A stretch of 28,280 nucleotides of DNA from Eremomyces bilateralis CBS 781.70 (lineage: Eukaryota): the NCBI GenBank assembly GCA_010015585.1, contig ML975151.1. One strand, 5' to 3'. The notes under the pieces are model-generated. The model saw only the letters and a program-made list of their open reading frames with translations. It made no database searches and was not told where the DNA came from. The position numbers and the translations under genes are program-made. Positions 11,958-22,988 of the stretch are shown piece by piece. Each line of letters starts with the position of its first letter. Position 1 is the first letter of the stretch.

Positions 11958-14774
11958 CTAGTCCTCCAACTCGCCCGTCCGGTCCACATCGCTTGCGTCC
12001 GCCATATCATACTCCCGCGAATCACTCGCCGGGTAGCCAGCGTTCATCGCCAGGCCCTCGTCCTCATCGCCCACCAAGTCCTCATCGATCTCTCCTTCAT
12101 ACTCCTCACCATCCACATCCATAACCTCCCCAGTCTGATCCACCCCCTCACCATCCCCATCCCCATCACCATCCCCATCCCCATCACCATCACCATCACC
12201 ATCCCCATCCCCATCACCATCACCATCCCCATCCCCATCCCCATCACCATCACCATCCCCATCCCCATCCCCATCCCCATCCCCATCCCCATCCCCATCC
12301 CCCTCCCCATCCCCCTCCCCCTCCCCCACACTCATCACCGCCTCCCTCACCGGCGAACTCGCCACCACCACCAACTCCTCCATCACCTTCGCCCCCCGCT
12401 TCCTCCCACCCTTCTTCTTCCCCCCCTTCCGCTTCTTCCCCACCGGCTCCACGGCCACCTCCTCCTCTTCTTCCATCTCAAACCTTGGCTCTGACCTCAC
12501 CCGCTTCGCCCGCTTTACCACCGGAAGTCCCTTCTCCCGCCGCTCCACGCGCCGCTCCCACCGCCGCAGCGCGCTCGCCAAGCTCCCGGCTTCCTCGCCC
12601 CAGTCGTCCTCGGGATTTCCCTCGATCTCGTCAGGGCGTTTGCTTTCTTGCTCCCAGGGCCGGGGATAGAGCCCGGCGAGGAGCGGCGCGCCGCCCATGG
12701 CGCCCGTCCGCTCGGCCACGTGCATCGGGTGCGCGAGCAGCTCCTCGTCGCTGTCGTAGTCGCTCCCGAGGTCCTGGCAGCGCATCCAGGCGCGGAGGAA
12801 GAGGCCGTCGCGGTCGCGGCGGTGTTTGGAGGCGGACAATTTCTCGCGGAGGCGGCGGTCGAGGATGTATTCGACGCGGCGCTTGCGGTATTTTTCGACA
12901 GCTTGCTGGTGGTTGGTGAGTGGGCGGGAGCGCTTGTGGGAGGGCTCGGCGCCGTTGAGGGGGAGATAGAAGCCGTGGGGGCCGATGACGGGGCTGGAGC
13001 CGCCGGCTGGGGAATCGGTGCGGGGAACGGGCTCGGCGGGTGGGGCGTTTTTGTCGGGGTGGCGGTTGTAGGGACGTTTGGTATTGGGGTCGCGTCGCCA
13101 GTTGCCGCGGCCGCGTCCTTTGATGGTGGGGTTGGCGTGCGACGCTGACGAAGAGGAACGGGCGGGGTCGTTCAATAGGGTGTTGATGTGCAGGCCTGAT
13201 GCTTTGGATGGCAGAGGGCTCGCGGATCTCGTTCGGTCCGAGTCATCGGCGGGATCGTGTTTGATTCCCGCGAGAGAAGAGCGGAGTGATTCGTTTCCGT
13301 CATCATGTACCGCCGCAAACTTGCGTTTACCACGGCCTAGAGTAGAATGTTAGTATATACAAATATGAACAGAGTTGACTGTATTTCTTACCTTTGTGCG
13401 GAGGGACTGGGGAGTCTCTCGCAGGACTTGCACCGTCATCGGAGTGCAAGTTAAAGGCCGGGCTATTGCCGAAGCCTCCCGACTTTCGACCAACGCCTCT
13501 CTTACCGCCTGCTGATGATGCGGGCACGTCGGATTGCAGGATGGCTGGAACAATATTAGCCAATGTTTACGATATCCAACGTTTCATAAAGGAATCATAC
13601 CGATCCGTTCCAACCGCTTCAATTCGCCGAACTCTTTTTCGCTGTCGGTATCAACATTCTCCAGATCCGCCTGTTCTTTAGATAGGTATTCAAATTGCGG
13701 GCATTTGATGGGTAATTCCTCGGGATCGTCCTTGGAAACGCGGCCGAGTCCATACGGGTTGCGGAGCGCATCCTCCTTGGAGAAGTTGCTCTCGAGATAC
13801 CACCACATCAGCCAAAGGAACGCCGTGGCGCGGCTAGCGCTGCTCAGCTCGGGCTTCATCACCAGATCGAAAAAATCACGCGGGACATCGAAGTGCATGG
13901 CGGAGACTCTGGGTGCATATTGCGCCAGGACGAAGATGAGATTGACGGGGTTGGTTCGCGGGATAGGGGCCGACATGATGTCGTCGAGATTGCTGGGCTG
14001 CTCAATGTCCTCGGTAGCACCTTTCAGGATGGATTTGAGTCGCGGAGCGTCTTGGAGTTGTTTGTATGCGCTGGGATCTTGATGTGCTTGGAGGGAAGGG
14101 ATGGAGTGATAGGTTCGTAGTTGTGCGCGCATCTCCGGAAAGACTGTCGTGTGTTAGTGCTGGACTTATCCTTGCCATTGGCATAACTCACAGTTCAAAG
14201 TTGTATTCATCCGACCGACGTTGACCAGCAAGCAGACCATCGCCATATTGATAGCCTGCGGACGCTCGGTGAGAAGCTTATCTTTTAGGATCTTGCTACA
14301 TTTGCTACTCTTGGCCATGGCATCCAGGTAGATATCCGAGAACCGATGACCAAACGACCCATCCGACGTCTTGTGGAAAACCGGCTTCTCGTCCTCGAAC
14401 ACCGTCCGCAGGAACTCATACTGGATATCCTTCCGCCACAGCGGCACCCCGTCCTCTTTCTTCAGGTGCCGGATCTTGTTCCCGGAATACACCGACGACA
14501 CGCTCCCGTTCGCGTTGCGGCGCGTTGTAGTCGGGTTGGCCGTGTACTGCGGCACCTCGGAGCCGGGAGCGGGCGTCCCGAGCGATGATGCGCGCTCCTC
14601 GGGGCTGGGATCGGCCAGATCGTTCGTGGGTGAGACGGGAGCGGTGGCGGTGGTGGCTTCGTTGGAGGATGCATCTCCTTGGGGGTCGGCGGAGAGGACA
14701 TGTTCGAGTCGGCTGCGAGGGTCGGGTTCTTCAGCGCGAGCGGTGGGCGCGGAGGTGGGAGTTTCCGCATCCAT
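11958..14774 (-). CDS. IES1: INO80 chromatin-remodelling complex subunit Ies1; exons 14774-14192, 14143-13601, 13544-13392, 13336-11958; 885 aa
   Basis: Ies1 signature blocks KIRHLKKEDGVPLWRKDIQY, SSKCSKILKDKL, CLLVNVGRMNTTLNFFPEMRAQLRTYHSIPSLQ, YKQLQDAPRLKSILKGA, PRTNPVNLIF, AFLWLMWWYLE and ENVDT. Three canonical introns (14144-14191, 13545-13600, 13337-13391) preserve frame. Confidence 0.93.
12144..12326 (-). repeat. Coding hexamer microsatellite (GGGGAT/GGTGAT)n encoding ~30 Gly-Asp/Gly-Glu dipeptides in the Ies1 C-terminus
   Basis: + strand ccatcc/ccatca array; the translation reads GEGEGDGEGDGD...GDGEG. Confidence 0.95.
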
Positions 14775-15953
14775 CGCGGAAGAATCAGAGGCAGAAGGCG
14801 AAGGGTGATGGCGGGTTGAACCCTTTTAAGTATGTTGGACGAGGAAACGTGCCGATCACGATACGGCGAAAGGAGGTGGAAAACGAGGGTTTAAACTAGG
14901 TGATGCTGATCATTGTGAAGAGAAGAAGGAAATCGATGTGTGAGGTGGAGAAAGGAAGGTGGGTTGATGAAGAGGAAGATGTGGAAGCTGAAGAGTGAAG
15001 GGAGATAAAGTGGTGGTGGAATTATTGATTGACGTCCAGAGCATCGCATCGCAACTCCAATCTGCACCTGGCGATGGATGAGTGATGGATCAATGGAATG
15101 ATGGAAATAGAGAGAGCACTTGACCAGATCCAGTTAGCCGTCATCCGGCTCCGTCTTTAATTCCTTATCGATCCTTAGTCTTTGCGTAGTAATTCCCTTA
15201 TTACTGATCGCCATGTAAATACCGTATAGATCTACGGAATATCCCCGAGCCCCATGTCCAAGACAAAGTCTCTCGACAAATATCCTTCTCTCACTCCTCA
15301 CCAAGGCCATTAATCCAGCAATTCATATATTCATCTGCAAGTGAATAGTCCCGTAAGTACATTTCGTTCAGTGCGCCATGCATATGCCCCAGATTTGGCA
15401 TAGATTTGCGCTAGCTGTGTCATCTATCCGTCAACCGCATTGAGTCCTTCCACCCTCAGTTCCATGTCGAACCGGTGTGCAATGTTTCGTGCCCGCCGCT
15501 TCGTAGGGCCTCTCGGCGTCCTGCGATGCTTTTTTTCCTGCACCTTCGTACTTCGTTCGTTCATGTCCGCTTCCAGTACCGTTGTCTCATGTACCACCGC
15601 TGCCGGACGTTGGGTCCGTCGCTGAAGCGTCGGTTGGGTCCAAGGAGTCAACGACGCTCCCAAGGAGAGATCCGGCCAGGGGTGGCGATGCATGCTGCCG
15701 TTGAAGCGTGCCTTGCTACCTCCAATTCCTCCAACGCGAAGGATTGGGTCGGTATCGTGACCTCCACGTCCGCCTCGTTTGTGAACCGTCAGTTGATTGG
15801 TGCCGTCCGCCGGCGGTTAAGTGCGGAGAGAATCTCGCCTCTCCTCCTCGTTCCCTCTCCATGACTTCGCAGCATCGTCCACCCATTCGAGCACTGCGCC
15901 TGCGCGTCGCCCGCGAACTCCCTCTACCTCTTCAAATCCCACATGACACCACC

Positions 15954-17097
15954 ATGGCCACCGACATTCCCCCAGATGGTACCGTCCCCCTCCTCCTTTC
16001 CAACCCCTCAACTAACCCCCCTCAAAGCCCCCCTCCACATATCCCTCTCCCTCCGCATCCCCCAACCCCACATCTACGCCCAGCTCCTCGACCATCTCCG
16101 CTCTCACCCCCACCCCCTCGCCCCCCTGGCCCTCCGCGCCCTCGCCTGGGCCGCCGTCGCGCCCCGCCCCCTCGCCCTCAACGAACTCGCCTGCGGCCTC
16201 GCCGTCGACCCCGCCCACCCCGCCGTCCTCTCCAATGCCTGGGCCGACGTCTCACAGATCCTGCGCCTGGCAACGCGGCTCCTCGAGCAGCGCCACGGCG
16301 CCGTTCACCTCGCCCACGAATCCCTCCGCGATTTCCTACCCGCGTATCTAGCCCGCCATAGCAGTGGTAGTGATGGTGGCGCCGGGGAGCCCGCGATCGA
16401 CCCCCACGAGGACCTAGCCTCTGCCTGCCTCACCTACCTAACCATGCCCCCGTTCCGCACGCCCTGCGTCTCCCCCACCGAACTCCACAACCGCCTCCGC
16501 ACCTACCCCTTTCTCTCCTACGCCTCCCAGCACTGGTTCCGCCACGCGCAGCGCGTCCGCGGCCGCTTCTGCGGCCCCTTCGAAGGCCTGATCCGCCTCG
16601 CCCTGGTGCCCGGATCCGATGGGAGTAACTTCCCCACCAGCTGGATGCAGGCAGCGCGGCCATTAATCGAGGAGCTCGGGGTGACGCACATCGCGCAGCT
16701 GCCGGCGGACGATAATCGATGGATGCTGAACTTGTTGGCGAAGGAGGGATCGATGCGGGTGTTGAATTACTTTTTGGCGGGGGGGATGACGAGGGAGATG
16801 AGGGAGGGAGTAGGGGGGTGGAGTCCGTTGAGGGTGGCGGCGCGGTATGGGCGGGTGGAGGTGGTGGAGGAGTTGGTGGGTGCGGGGGCGTATCGGGTGG
16901 AGGGGGAAAGGGAGGAGGCGTTGGGGCTTGCGTGTCAGAGTGGGTCAGTGGAGATGCTGAGGTTGTTATTGGCGGCGGGGGATCTGAATGGGGGTTCGGA
17001 GACGGCGCCTGGAGTAGTGACGGTGGAGGGGTGGGATCGTGAGATCACGAGGGAGTTGGTGGCCGCTGGTGGGAGGATATACCCGGTTGTTCAGTGA
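15954..17097 (+). CDS. Winged-helix/helical domain + ankyrin-repeat protein resembling the C-terminal part of fungal NACHT-ANK (NLR-like) proteins; exons 15954-15978 and 16028-17097; 364 aa
   Basis: ATG in strong context (accaccATGG). A 49-bp intron at 15979-16027 (GTACCG...ACTAAC...AAG) joins two ORF-track frames. Post-NACHT motifs: ALAWAAVAPRPLALNELACGLAV, VHLAHESLRDFL, HEDLASACLTYL, YPFLSYASQHWFRHA. Ankyrin-like SPLRVAARYGRVEVVEELVGAGA and ALGLACQSGSVEMLRLLL. An alternative in-frame ATG lies at 15861. Confidence 0.8.
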
Positions 17098-17458
17098 ATT
17101 TGGATATTGGGATGGTTAACACAAAAGTACTGGCGTGGTAGTCTAATATTCAAGTTTGGTCGTTTGTATCAAGATCGCTCCTTAGAATTGTAGTGAAGGA
17201 AAATGTAAAGGGGTCGTCTTAATAAAGCAGGGGTCTGTCTTGGAGTTAAGGTCGAATTGTAGTGCGAAGACGCTGAGCCAGGAGATATTCGATGCCAATC
17301 CAGCTCAGGGATCGAGCGTTGCGATTCAACCCCTCCCCTGAGTTCTTATATACTTCGATTTTGTTAACAGTTCGGGGTATCACTGCCTTTATCGTACACA
17401 TACAGGTAGACACGGATCCACGCCCAATGAGAACCCCCACCCAAACTTCGAACCAAGT

Positions 17459-18555
17459 CTACTGCACCCCCGCCGCCTTCAACCTCCCCTCCAACTCCTT
17501 CATCACCTCCCCGTCCTTCCCCTGATTCATCAACCCCCCCTTCTCCATCATCTCCTTCATCTGTCCCCACACCCTCTGCCTCTCCTGCCGCAACGCCTCG
17601 ATCCGCCGATCATACACGAATGTCTGGATGCCCACCCGCCCGCCGTTGTAGTGCTTGAACGTGATCTCCGGCGCCAGGCTCTGCATCGCACGCCACGGGT
17701 ACAGGAAGCCGCCTTTGCCGAGCATGCTGATCACGCCGATCAGGGAGGGGAGCATGTCGGTGCGGGGAGAGGAGCGGTCGGAGAGGTAGGCGCGGAGGGG
17801 GGTGCGCGCGCGGGAGTTTTCGGTGCGGAGCTGGGGGGTATTAACGTTTGCTATCAATCATTGGGGTTGGGTTACGTACTGCGTCCAGGACGCCGTCTAG
17901 GTCCTTCGGATATCGAGTGATGAAGCCGCGGAGCATCTTCGTGGCGTTCCTCGTGGTTGCTGGTAATGGCTTCATCGATGCTTTGTTGTAGGTGTAAATA
18001 CTATGCTGCCAGTAGAGCGTTGCCGGCGGCTTGTATCGCCCAGGGTTTGTTCTCGGGCGGGGTCGTTGCGTCGCATTTTCCAACGGCACTATCTCATGTC
18101 CTTCACAGAGTCAGCATGATCGGTCTACCATCCCAATTCCGTGCCTTACCCGTCCGCCGTTTCTGCTTCTTCCTCGCAATGGCCGGCACGTCCACCAAAT
18201 CCGCCTTCCCCTCCTCTCTCAACTGCTGCTCCCTCGGACTCCATATCCGCTCCGTCGCACCCAACCTTGCGAGCTGCGTGTTCTCCGCCGGGTCGCCCGA
18301 CCCCGCGCCCTGATGCACGACAGTGAGCCCTGCGCGCCGCTGGATGGCGACGATGGGGTGGCCGAGCTTCTTCCAGGCGTCGTGGTTCGACTGGCCGCGT
18401 GTCGGCTGAATGTGCGGGACACCCAGGTCTTCCATCGTGGCGAGGGGGTGCATGGATACCTCGGCGGCGCGGAGGAGGCGGAGGGCGGGTCGACGGAAAC
18501 CTTTGAGGCGGACGGGGGTCCTTTTTTGAAGGATGGGGGAGGGTTTGAACATCAT
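17459..18555 (-). CDS. Putative nuclear-encoded mitochondrial protein homologous to the N-terminal domain of fungal mitochondrial ribosomal protein Rps3/uS3m; exons 18555-18150, 18100-17880, 17830-17459; 332 aa
   Basis: Two 49-bp introns (18101-18149 GTAAGG...GCTGAC...AAG; 17831-17879 GTACGT...GTTAAT...CAG) link three ORF-track ORFs in frame. The N-terminus is basic and free of acidic residues (MMFKPSPILQKRTPVRLKGFRRPALRLLR). GRYKPPATLYWQHSIYTYNKASMKPLP and EITFKHYNGGRVGIQTFVYDRR resemble conserved mt-Rps3 N-terminal blocks. The gene structure is more secure than the product call. Confidence 0.72.
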
Positions 18556-18982
18556 TTTGGGGGAGTTGGGGGAGATTAGGAGGAGATAGTGTCCCAGAGG
18601 GCTTCGGCCTTAGCCGGTAGCTTTAATTCCGTCAATGGCTTCGTTTTGGAAGGGATCGTGTATGGTCAACTTGGAATATTTTGATATGATGTTCTTGAAA
18701 TGGAATTGAAGATTAAGTCGTGATACTTTCTGCCAAGACTGATGGACGTTGCAGGGATGGCATTTGATAGAAGCTTTGATATCAGGACTTGGGGGACTAC
18801 AAAGGACTACCGTTCTTAACCATTTCTCCGATTCAGTCTCAAATTCTTGAAAATCGGCGTTCCCATTGAATAATATACCAAAAGAAGCCATATGGTTCAT
18901 AGAGAGAGATAAACCAATCTCCCTTTGTTCCTCGAACGACCATCACAAGCTCAGAGCAAAGACACCACCGCGAACTGCCAAC

Positions 18983-19645
18983 ATGAACACCTCCGCCGAT
19001 ACCCTTCAACAAACCGCTGAACAGCCCCCTCAAACCTCAAACACAATGCCCCCAACACTCGACGAGAATGAGCGACTATCAATGCTCCCGACCCAACGCC
19101 TAATGACCGGTTCCTTCGCCGCCGCGGCGTCTGGTTTTCTCCTAGGAACTTTCAAAGGCGGCCAGGAAGCCGGCTACGTCTTCCGGGCTGAGAACGCCCA
19201 CCGCCTCCCCACGTCGCAGCGCGGTTGGTTTTTCTACCACAAGACCAAGAACTACCAAGCGGCGTACGGCGGCGTGCGGGAGGGGATCAAGATGGGGGTC
19301 AAGCTGGGGGGTTGGACCGCCGCATTCTTGTTGGCCGAGCAGGCGGTCGACTCGTTGCGGCCGGATGAGGGGAAGGATGCGTTGAGTACTGTGGTGGCTG
19401 CGACGGGTACAACTGGTGCTTTTAGTCTTTGGAGTACGTGGATCACGTTGCCGTATAGATTGGTGGCAGAGTACTGACAGATATTAGACCGGTTCCCGGC
19501 AGCCACTGCTGCCCGTACGGCGAGACTCGGAATTGGCATTGGTATATGCTATGGATTACTGCAAGATGCACTCGGCTTAGTACGTGGGCGTAAGATTGGT
19601 TATATCGAGGACATCCGGACTTTGAGGGAGTCGTCAAAGTGGTAG
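18983..19645 (+). CDS. Conserved fungal membrane protein, Tim17/Tim22/Tim23-like family; exons 18983-19433 and 19488-19645; 202 aa
   Basis: Conserved motif FRAENAHRLPTSQRGWFFYHKTKNY with flanking Gly-rich hydrophobic helices. A 54-bp intron at 19434-19487 (GTACGT...CTGAC...TAG) gives FSLW-N-RFPAATAARTA...YGLLQDAL. Alternative start at 19046. Confidence 0.82.
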
Positions 19646-20185
19646 TTCTAAACCCCACAGTTGTCTTTTTTGAACTACTGTCTCCAAGACCTACCCTACG
19701 CATTAACGCAAAATGCACGCCGCGCAAGGTCACTATACTCACTGGATCCTGTCTTCTGACTAACACCCCCTTACCCACCCCAAGCATGAAATCCACCCAA
19801 CGCAACCTGCTCACACTGGCTTCGCAATCAGGTTGGCTGGCTGCCAAAGCGAATCACATACTATCAAGGTCAGTCCATGCAAAGGAAAAACATAGAATTC
19901 TTCTAATTGTATCTCAGGCTAATCAATTGGTCAGTCAGTTGAAAAGAATACCAACTGTGCTTCAAAGCATTCTATTGGTTAGGCATTCTATATGCGGAAA
20001 CGACTGTTGTTAGAGTTGCACAGTACTTACCGTTACCTGGACGGTCCATGGTTGCGGAAGAGCTAGGGTTCAGTTTGCCTTGCAAGTCTTGTGAAGGGAT
20101 TTCGACCAGAGTCGAACGGGTGCGAACGGTGCGAACGGTGCGCAGTCAAGGTTGGAGAGCGTGTTTTAGTCCGCGATACCCCCTC

Positions 20186-20740
20186 TCAACCGTCAAGAAC
20201 GCTCCCAATCGCGGATCTGATATTCTCCCCACGGTCGATGCGGTGGAAAATCTTGTCCCAATCGCGTTCCGCCTTGCGGATCCTGTCGGCCTCAAGATGC
20301 GGATGTTTCGCCCGCCACTTCCGCTCCGGACCGTCATCCTCCTTCAAGACCCGGAAGAAATCCCGCGTGGACTCCATATCGGCCTTGGCCGCTTGAATGT
20401 GCTCGTCCGCCATCTCGCACAGCGCCACGAAATGGTCGCCGCGGTGCTTCTTCACTCGCAGATTGGTCGCCTGCACGAGGTTCCCGGCGATCTTGAGATT
20501 CGCGAGGAAGGTGGTCTGGATGTCTTCGCACTTCGCGAGGCGGTTGGACTTGAGATCAGCGTCGAGGGCCGCGCGGAGAATCACTCGGACCTCCGCCTCA
20601 TTGCGGTCTTTCTGGAGCCCGAGTTTAGTCATCGGGGTGAAGTTGGCGTATTGGTCGCTCAGCTTGATATACTCGGCTTTCACTGCGCGATAGTCGGCCT
20701 CGAGGGCCTCGAGGCACTGCTTTGCGGCGGCTGGGTCCAT
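20186..20740 (-). CDS. Hypothetical alpha-helical protein, 184 aa
   Basis: Intronless ORF with the strong C/G-ending codon bias of neighbouring genes and a cccATGG start; no motif recognised. Confidence 0.65.
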   Translation of the reverse strand: MDPAAAKQCLEALEADYRAVKAEYIKLSDQYANFTPMTKLGLQKDRNEAEVRVILRAALDADLKSNRLAKCEDIQTTFLANLKIAGNLVQATNLRVKKHRGDHFVALCEMADEHIQAAKADMESTRDFFRVLKEDDGPERKWRAKHPHLEADRIRKAERDWDKIFHRIDRGENIRSAIGSVLDG

Positions 20741-21884
20741 GGGGTGTGGTTTCTTCTTTACTTTCGACGATGGGTTGCAAATGTTCTGGTTTTCTGGTGA
20801 TGGAGAAGGGCAGAAATGGGTTCTGCAGGCTCGGACGCATATTTATGACCAAGTGATAGTCCTTTGGATCTAAAAGTCACAATGACTCTTTGTCCATTCA
20901 TGAGTCTACGCATCTCTATTGCGAACCGTTGTGTCAACAATTTCATTGTCCACGTCTCTTTGAGGATCTTTGTCTATTGACTGGTTATATATACCATCGT
21001 ACAATGATATTGGGTGACATTATCTTTGGGCCTTTCCGCCTTACTCGTCTGCTCAAGAGGGTCAATGACGGACTCTGCAAACTTGTGCAAATTGTCCTTG
21101 GCCTTTATTGAAGCTTCTGAGAGACATCATACTGTCTGCATTGACGATAATATTGCGGCCGGAGCTCCATTGCTCATTTGCTCCAAACCATTAGGAAGCT
21201 CGGACCACATGGAAGGATTTCAACATCACGACTGCGAGCTCCCGACTCAAAATATTAAACAACACTTCGAACATCCCATTCATTCATTCAATTCCTTCAA
21301 TTGGCTCAGATTAAATTGTTGAACTCGGAATTTATTGGCAGGATCAACTCATTGCAACCCTACGATCTTGTTGTTGTTGAACCACTATCTCACATTCACA
21401 ATGGAGTCATTTCGCGAAGCAATGCGTCGATTCGTTCATCTGACGAAAGCGATGAAGTATGAATCCATCTCTGTCACCTAAACAAAACCAAGCTTACAAT
21501 GGACCAGGTCACTGGAAAAGCTGCACTCAGAAGGATATCCTCAGCTCGCCCGAAGTGCTCTGCAGCCACATGTGTACAGCAAAACCCGGCGCCATTGGCC
21601 GCTTGCCTACACGCTGGAGAAGGATACATTGAAAATGACCGAAGCGAAAGGAAGCGATAAAGCCGGCATGAGACGGGCGGTCAATAATATTGAACGGGGA
21701 GACAGCATCGTGCTGCAAAAGCGGGCAATGGCTGTACCAATGGAGGCTACGGCGCTTAAAATTCGAGAAAAATTCCGACCGCGGGTAAAGGCGACGGAGA
21801 CTAGGGGGAACTGAACGTATGTCTTGTGAGCTATGTATATCCTCATCGATATTTGCTAATCTATCGAACACAGGCAATGAGCTA

Positions 21885-22988
21885 TCAAAACCCGAGCCTG
21901 GCCCCGTCCTCGGCCAATTTCAGAACCGGCTTCATCCGTGCCGGCTGCACACGATCCCACAGCGAACCCAACCCCTCTTTCTCCCCCTTCTCCTGTTCCC
22001 TCCGGAAATACTCCTCCACCGTCCGGATCCGGTTCGGATGGATCTCGTCCAGCAACTGATAATCGCGGCGGATGACCCCCGTGTTGTTTCCGGAGTCCCG
22101 GAATAGGTTCCAAAAGCCCGTGAAGGTTTGCTGGCGCGTCAGGCTGGCCGGGTCCTTTGGATCGGCGTGGATGGCGCTACTCAACTGTGCCCCATCACCG
22201 CCGAAGGGGGAGGTTTTCCAGTATTCTTCGAGAGAGATGTCGATGAACTGTGCGGGATGGCCGCTCACTTTCTCGAAGGCTGCGGCAACGTCCTCATACT
22301 GGATGTGGTCGATGGCAACTTCCAGATCCATTCCGTTGGCGCGCTCTTGGTTGTCGAAGAGCCAGCGGACATAATGGGCGCAATCATCCAACGAGACGTG
22401 GGGGACGGCCCCATCGCCCAGCGGGAGCCTCCACGTCAGCACCCCGTCTTCCATCGTCGGCATCATGGGTGTCCCATACGCGATCGCCATCTCAATATAC
22501 GGCCCACTCGTAAACACCGCCGCCCCCATCCGCCCCCGATTCTCCCGATTCTGCCACAACATCCACTCTCCCACCCTCCCCTTCCCATCATAATGCCCCG
22601 TCCGATACTTCGCATCATACCCTCCCTTCTTCGTCCCATAGTCCAGATTTCCATACACGAAAAACTTCACCCCCTCGTCGATCGCCAGCTCGTACGCCCG
22701 CATCGCCCAGAACATCTCGCCCTTTTCGCCGGTGGTGAACCCATCGATGTTGACGTACGCGCCCGCGCACCCGCGGAACCCGGCGCGTAGGCGGGATTCG
22801 TTGGCGAAGGAGCCGACGACGAGCTCGACGTTGCCGAGCGCTTGCAGGTCTTGGGCGCGCTTGGAGGTGATGTCGCGGGTGAGGACGCGGACTTGGTATT
22901 TCCCGTCTTCGACCAGGCCGCGGACGATGGGTATGCCCTGCGCCCCGGTGCCGCCGATGACGAAGATTTTTGGAACGGATGAGGACAT
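21885..22988 (-). CDS. NmrA-like NAD(P)-binding Rossmann-fold protein, 367 aa
   Basis: KIFVIGGTGAQG dinucleotide-binding motif, VRVLTRD, GHYDGKGRVGEW, LPLGDGAVPHVSLDDCAHYVRWLFD; intronless. Confidence 0.92.
   Translation of the reverse strand: MSSSVPKIFVIGGTGAQGIPIVRGLVEDGKYQVRVLTRDITSKRAQDLQALGNVELVVGSFANESRLRAGFRGCAGAYVNIDGFTTGEKGEMFWAMRAYELAIDEGVKFFVYGNLDYGTKKGGYDAKYRTGHYDGKGRVGEWMLWQNRENRGRMGAAVFTSGPYIEMAIAYGTPMMPTMEDGVLTWRLPLGDGAVPHVSLDDCAHYVRWLFDNQERANGMDLEVAIDHIQYEDVAAAFEKVSGHPAQFIDISLEEYWKTSPFGGDGAQLSSAIHADPKDPASLTRQQTFTGFWNLFRDSGNNTGVIRRDYQLLDEIHPNRIRTVEEYFRREQEKGEKEGLGSLWDRVQPARMKPVLKLAEDGARLGF

Noticed and set aside
11934..12494. (Ile-Pro)n and (Met-Gly)n ORFs
   Set aside because: Alternative frames of the Ies1 hexamer repeat.
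15424..15864. ORFs upstream of the ankyrin gene as a possible NACHT or effector exon
   Set aside because: No P-loop, HeLo/HET or amyloid-like motif, and no convincing splice path.
17246..17440. ORF downstream of the Rps3-N-like gene as the missing C-terminal exon
   Set aside because: No S3 C-terminal motifs and no host codon bias.
20113..20142. 9-bp repeat CGAACGGTG x3
   Set aside because: Ordinary short slippage repeat; no spacers, not CRISPR-like.
20048..20800. 250-aa plus-strand ORF
   Set aside because: In-register antisense of the 20186-20740 gene; codon bias favours the minus strand.
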